Program-made: the position numbers and the translations under genes | Assembly: GCA_027345565.1 (NCBI GenBank) | Contig: DAHWIF010000005.1 | Span: 6,058 to 70,057, forward strand | DNA from: Candidatus Micrarchaeota archaeon | GTDB lineage: Archaea > Micrarchaeota > Micrarchaeia > Micrarchaeales > Micrarchaeaceae | Reading direction: 5' to 3' | DNA length: 64,000 bases | The notes under the pieces: generated by a model | Told to the model about the DNA's origin: nothing | The model's input: the letters and a program-made list of their open reading frames with translations, nothing else | Databases searched by the model: none | Shown here: piece by piece, positions 61,441-64,000 of the stretch | Layout of the letters: every line of letters starts with the position of its first letter | Numbering within the stretch: position 1 is the first letter of the stretch

Positions 61441-61629
61441 ATGGATACATCAAGAGCAGCGACGCCGCAAGGCGTGCATGTGGGGCAGGACCTGCAGCGC
61501 ATGGGGGACCGGAAAGCGCAGGAAATAAAACAGTGCGAGGGCTGCGGCAGGGTGCTGCTGCATTCGGACGCTGAAACGAGGTACTGCAGCAGATGCGAGA
61601 TGAAATACATAAGGAAGCAATACGACTGA
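61441..61629 (+). CDS. Small zinc-ribbon protein (CxxC-x17-CxxC)
   Basis: The 62-aa product has CEGCGRVLLHSDAETRYCSRCE. It is not recognisable as L37e, which usually follows LSm in archaea. Confidence 0.45.
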   Translation: MDTSRAATPQGVHVGQDLQRMGDRKAQEIKQCEGCGRVLLHSDAETRYCSRCEMKYIRKQYD

Positions 61630-61645
61630 GACCAGTACAGCAAGC

Positions 61646-61655
61646 AATAAATAAT
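61646..61655 (+). promoter_or_regulatory. TATA-like box for tRNA-Ala
   Basis: AATAAATAAT ends 22 nt upstream of the tRNA 5' end. Confidence 0.4.
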
Positions 61656-61676
61656 GCCGATACAAAACATCCATGC

Positions 61677-61748
61677 GGGCTTGTAGCGCAACGGTAGCGC
61701 ACCTGCATGGCATGCAGGGGGTTGCGGGTTCAAATCCCGCCAAGTCCA
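61677..61748 (+). tRNA. tRNA-Ala (anticodon GGC)
   Basis: The sequence reads GGGCUUG-UA-GCGC-AACGGUA-GCGC-A-CCUGC-AUGGCAU-GCAGG-GGGUU-GCGGG-UUCAAAU-CCCGC-CAAGUCC-A. It carries the G3:U70 alanine identity pair. Confidence 0.9.
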
Positions 61749-61760
61749 TATTGTGGTCCA

Positions 61761-62255
61761 ATGAAAATGTTATCCGGAAAGGAGAAGGATGAAGCCATGG
61801 AGCGCCTTACTGCAGCAGCGGACATAGCCACCGGCTCCACCTGTTTCAGGGCGAAAGCCGGATCCGTCATAGTCAAGGATGCCACCATAATCGGGAAGGG
61901 GGTCAACTCGCCTCCAGACGGTGAGGTGCTGGACCATTGCAGGAAGGATGACCTGCCGGCGAATTTCAAATCAGACAAGACATGCTGCGTGCACGCAGAA
62001 TGGAGAGCGATAATAGAGGCGCTAAAGACCAATCCAGAGAAGATTAAGGGGGCAAGGCTCTATTTCGTGCGGCTTGACAAGGAAAACAGGATGCAACCGG
62101 CTGAGCGCCCCTACTGTACGATATGCAGCAAGCTTGCCTTGGAAACCGGCATAGCCGAGCTTGCTTACTTCAGCGGAGAAAGCGTTGTCGTTTATGAAGC
62201 CAAGGAGCACAACGACCTCTCCTTCGCGTTTAGGGCACCGCAGAATGGCAAATAG
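61761..62255 (+). CDS. dCMP/cytidine deaminase family zinc enzyme
   Basis: CVHAEWRAI (HAE) and PYCTICSKL (PCxxC) are present. The ATG at 61761 lies 12 nt after the tRNA; the ORF track start at 61707 lies inside the tRNA. Confidence 0.8.
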   Translation: MKMLSGKEKDEAMERLTAAADIATGSTCFRAKAGSVIVKDATIIGKGVNSPPDGEVLDHCRKDDLPANFKSDKTCCVHAEWRAIIEALKTNPEKIKGARLYFVRLDKENRMQPAERPYCTICSKLALETGIAELAYFSGESVVVYEAKEHNDLSFAFRAPQNGK

Positions 62256-62478
62256 CCGTTGATACATCAGCAAATCTTACACCGTATATGCGCCAAGTCC
62301 ATTCTTCGATGACAAAATTAGTTTTGTTGAGAGTAAAAATCCCGCCAGGATCCTCAGCGGGTAAGTCCAGATCAGGTTTTGTACCGTAGGTGCTAATGCA
62401 CTGTTCACTGGTTCTGGGGCGCTGCTATTTTTGATATTTAGCCAAAATAGCTATAATGCTTAACTAAACTGTACTAAC

Positions 62479-62832
62479 ATGAAAATCAATGTCAAATTCA
62501 AAGAAGATAGATTCAGTGAGAGACGTGGAGGAGCTTCAAAGGCGCTGGATATATTATGTAATAGGTGCGGTAATCTAGTGCTAATTTATCAAAAAGATGG
62601 CCCAGGGCCTTTGCTTAGATGCTATGTAGACCGAATCTTATACCCAAAGAACTATCTCCCTAAAAACATAAAATACGTAAGACATATACCAAAGCTTACG
62701 TGCAACGATTGTAGCGCTCTGATAGGAATGCCGATGAGATATAGACGCCATGGAGAGAATAGACTAGCCCTCAACATGATTAAAGGCTCATTTAAAAAGA
62801 GAATAAGCATGCAAGTCAAGTTAATAAAGTGA
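62479..62832 (+). CDS. Hypothetical basic CxxC..CxxC protein in an AT-rich islet
   Basis: The 117-aa product has CNRCG and CNDCS pairs. Its local composition is clearly more AT-rich than the surrounding genes. Confidence 0.45.
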   Translation: MKINVKFKEDRFSERRGGASKALDILCNRCGNLVLIYQKDGPGPLLRCYVDRILYPKNYLPKNIKYVRHIPKLTCNDCSALIGMPMRYRRHGENRLALNMIKGSFKKRISMQVKLIK

Positions 62833-63076
62833 ATATAGTATGACCTTTATCACACTGCTTAGATAACAATATATATCTGGATCGACACTGCACGTGCGTG
62901 GGCATCTTTTGAAATTTTTAAGAGGGCGTCCCTACTTCCCTGAAGTGCAGGCAGCGAATGCAATAATAATATTACCTGGACTCCCGCGGTTCAAGCCTCT
63001 GACTCCTTTTTGAGAACTTTCTTTGTGTAGTTTATTTTTTTGCATTAAAGGCATTTAAGTCCCGTTGTACTCTGTT

Positions 63077-64000
63077 TTATGAATGACGATGTGTTACCCT
63101 TTGCCTGTGTCGATTCTTCCTGTTGTAGTATGTCACTATTGCCACAACGATGATTATCGCGATCATTATCACGATAGCCGCGTATAGCGCAGCGTTGGAT
63201 GGAGTAGGAGTAACAGGTGGACTTACCACGGTCGTAGGTGCGACGGTAGTCGCCACAGTCAGTGCGGTTGTGGTAGGAACTGTTGTAACCTGGGACTCCA
63301 TTATTGCGACGATCGGGTCTGGCGGCACAGTGAATGTTATGGTGCATGCTATTGTATTTACGGTGAATGGGGTTATCTTACTCCACGTCCCGTTAATGTA
63401 TATGTATGGAGCAATTCTTCCTGAAGGCAGCGAGCAGTTGTACGGCAATGTAATCGTGCGCGTCTTGTTAGATGAGGTTATGTTGTATGATGTCCCTACT
63501 ATCGTATAGTTCTTCGGAGGTGTTGGTGGGCTTGACACGGCCGTTCCTGGCACTGTCGTGGTTACCGGGACGATTGTGGTCGTTGCAGGGCTTACCGTCG
63601 TGGTTGTTATCGTCGTAGTAGCAACAGGCAATCCGCCTCCTGCTCCGCCGCCACCACTGCCACTTCCGTGCGATGTTATTGTGATTAGAGTAGAGTTGAA
63701 CACATAGCCAGCGTTGTCTGTCGCATTCGCCCTGAACAGGAATGTCGATATCGCGGCCGGAGAAACTATTATGGTGTTCGTAGCGCCTGAGTTGGCTACG
63801 ATTACGTTGCCCATTAGACGCGGCGTTGATGTGGTGACGTTGTACAGCTTAACGGTTGTCGGGCCGCTGCCGTTGAGCACCTCTATGGTGAACTTCACAG
63901 ATGATCCATATACAGGTGTAGTGGTGTTAGGAGTTATTATGACAGTCGGAATCGCATTCGCTACCAGGGTGTTCGTGAGCGTGTTTGACACTGTTGTGGA
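63077..64000 (-). CDS. Surface protein with Thr-rich linkers and a C-terminal TM anchor (5'-partial; ORF open to the window edge)
   Basis: The C-terminus AALYAAIVIMIAIIIVVAIVTYYNRKNRHRQR is a TM helix plus basic tail. Linkers TTTITTTTVSPATTTIVPVTTT and a GSGSGGGGAGGG stretch are present. No stop codon occurs between 63991 and 64000 in this frame. Confidence 0.6.
   Translation of the reverse strand, partial: STTVSNTLTNTLVANAIPTVIITPNTTTPVYGSSVKFTIEVLNGSGPTTVKLYNVTTSTPRLMGNVIVANSGATNTIIVSPAAISTFLFRANATDNAGYVFNSTLITITSHGSGSGGGGAGGGLPVATTTITTTTVSPATTTIVPVTTTVPGTAVSSPPTPPKNYTIVGTSYNITSSNKTRTITLPYNCSLPSGRIAPYIYINGTWSKITPFTVNTIACTITFTVPPDPIVAIMESQVTTVPTTTALTVATTVAPTTVVSPPVTPTPSNAALYAAIVIMIAIIIVVAIVTYYNRKNRHRQRVTHRHS

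Noticed and set aside
62975-63010. GGTTCAAGCC string resembling a tRNA T-loop
   Set aside because: The flanking bases cannot form a T-stem or acceptor stem (CGCGG versus CTCTG), so this is not a tRNA or a clear tRNA fragment.
1-64000. rRNA genes, cas genes, integrases and complete prophage or plasmid modules
   Set aside because: None were recognised on either strand. The only mobile-element protein seen is TnpB.

Overview
The window is archaeal chromosomal DNA. Evidence: split rpoB (B''/B'), rpoH, aEF-1alpha, aIF5B, an archaeal histone, an LSm protein, Cdc48, Hel308, an intron-containing tRNA, and A/T-rich TATA-like boxes about 20-30 nt upstream of apparently leaderless first genes. A DPANN-like or small euryarchaeal origin is only an inference. 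About half of the window is housekeeping: ksgA, cdc48, tuf-rps10, infB, the rpoH-B''-B'-A block, an M1 aminopeptidase, agmatinase, glycosyltransferases, three tRNAs and a compact RNase P RNA that no ORF track would show. The most interesting part is the left half (about 1-29 kb), a cell-surface island. It holds a 2269-aa giant surface protein, an orphan pilin-like protein, and an Epd/Tad-like type IV filament module (wHTH coiled-coil protein, FlaI/TadA-type ATPase, two single-domain TadB/TadC-like membrane proteins). That module abuts, tail to tail, a four-gene operon. Each product of that operon begins with a prepilin-like (class III) signal peptide, but the products carry 180-898 aa of LamG/concanavalin-like lectin arrays and a PQQ-like beta-propeller. 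I read this as a candidate, not previously characterised, adhesive filament or cell-contact apparatus. A TnpB-only IS200/IS605 element sits inside the biogenesis operon. Other notable items are rpoA' and rpoA'' fused into one ORF while rpoB stays split, two AbiE-like toxin-antitoxin pairs (one with inverted gene order), three tandem TrkA-N paralogs without a K+ selectivity filter, tRNA-Ala 3'-end fragments next to an AT-rich islet, and a 40-aa ultra-acidic ORF upstream of cdc48. All functional calls come from motif recognition by eye; no database search was run.
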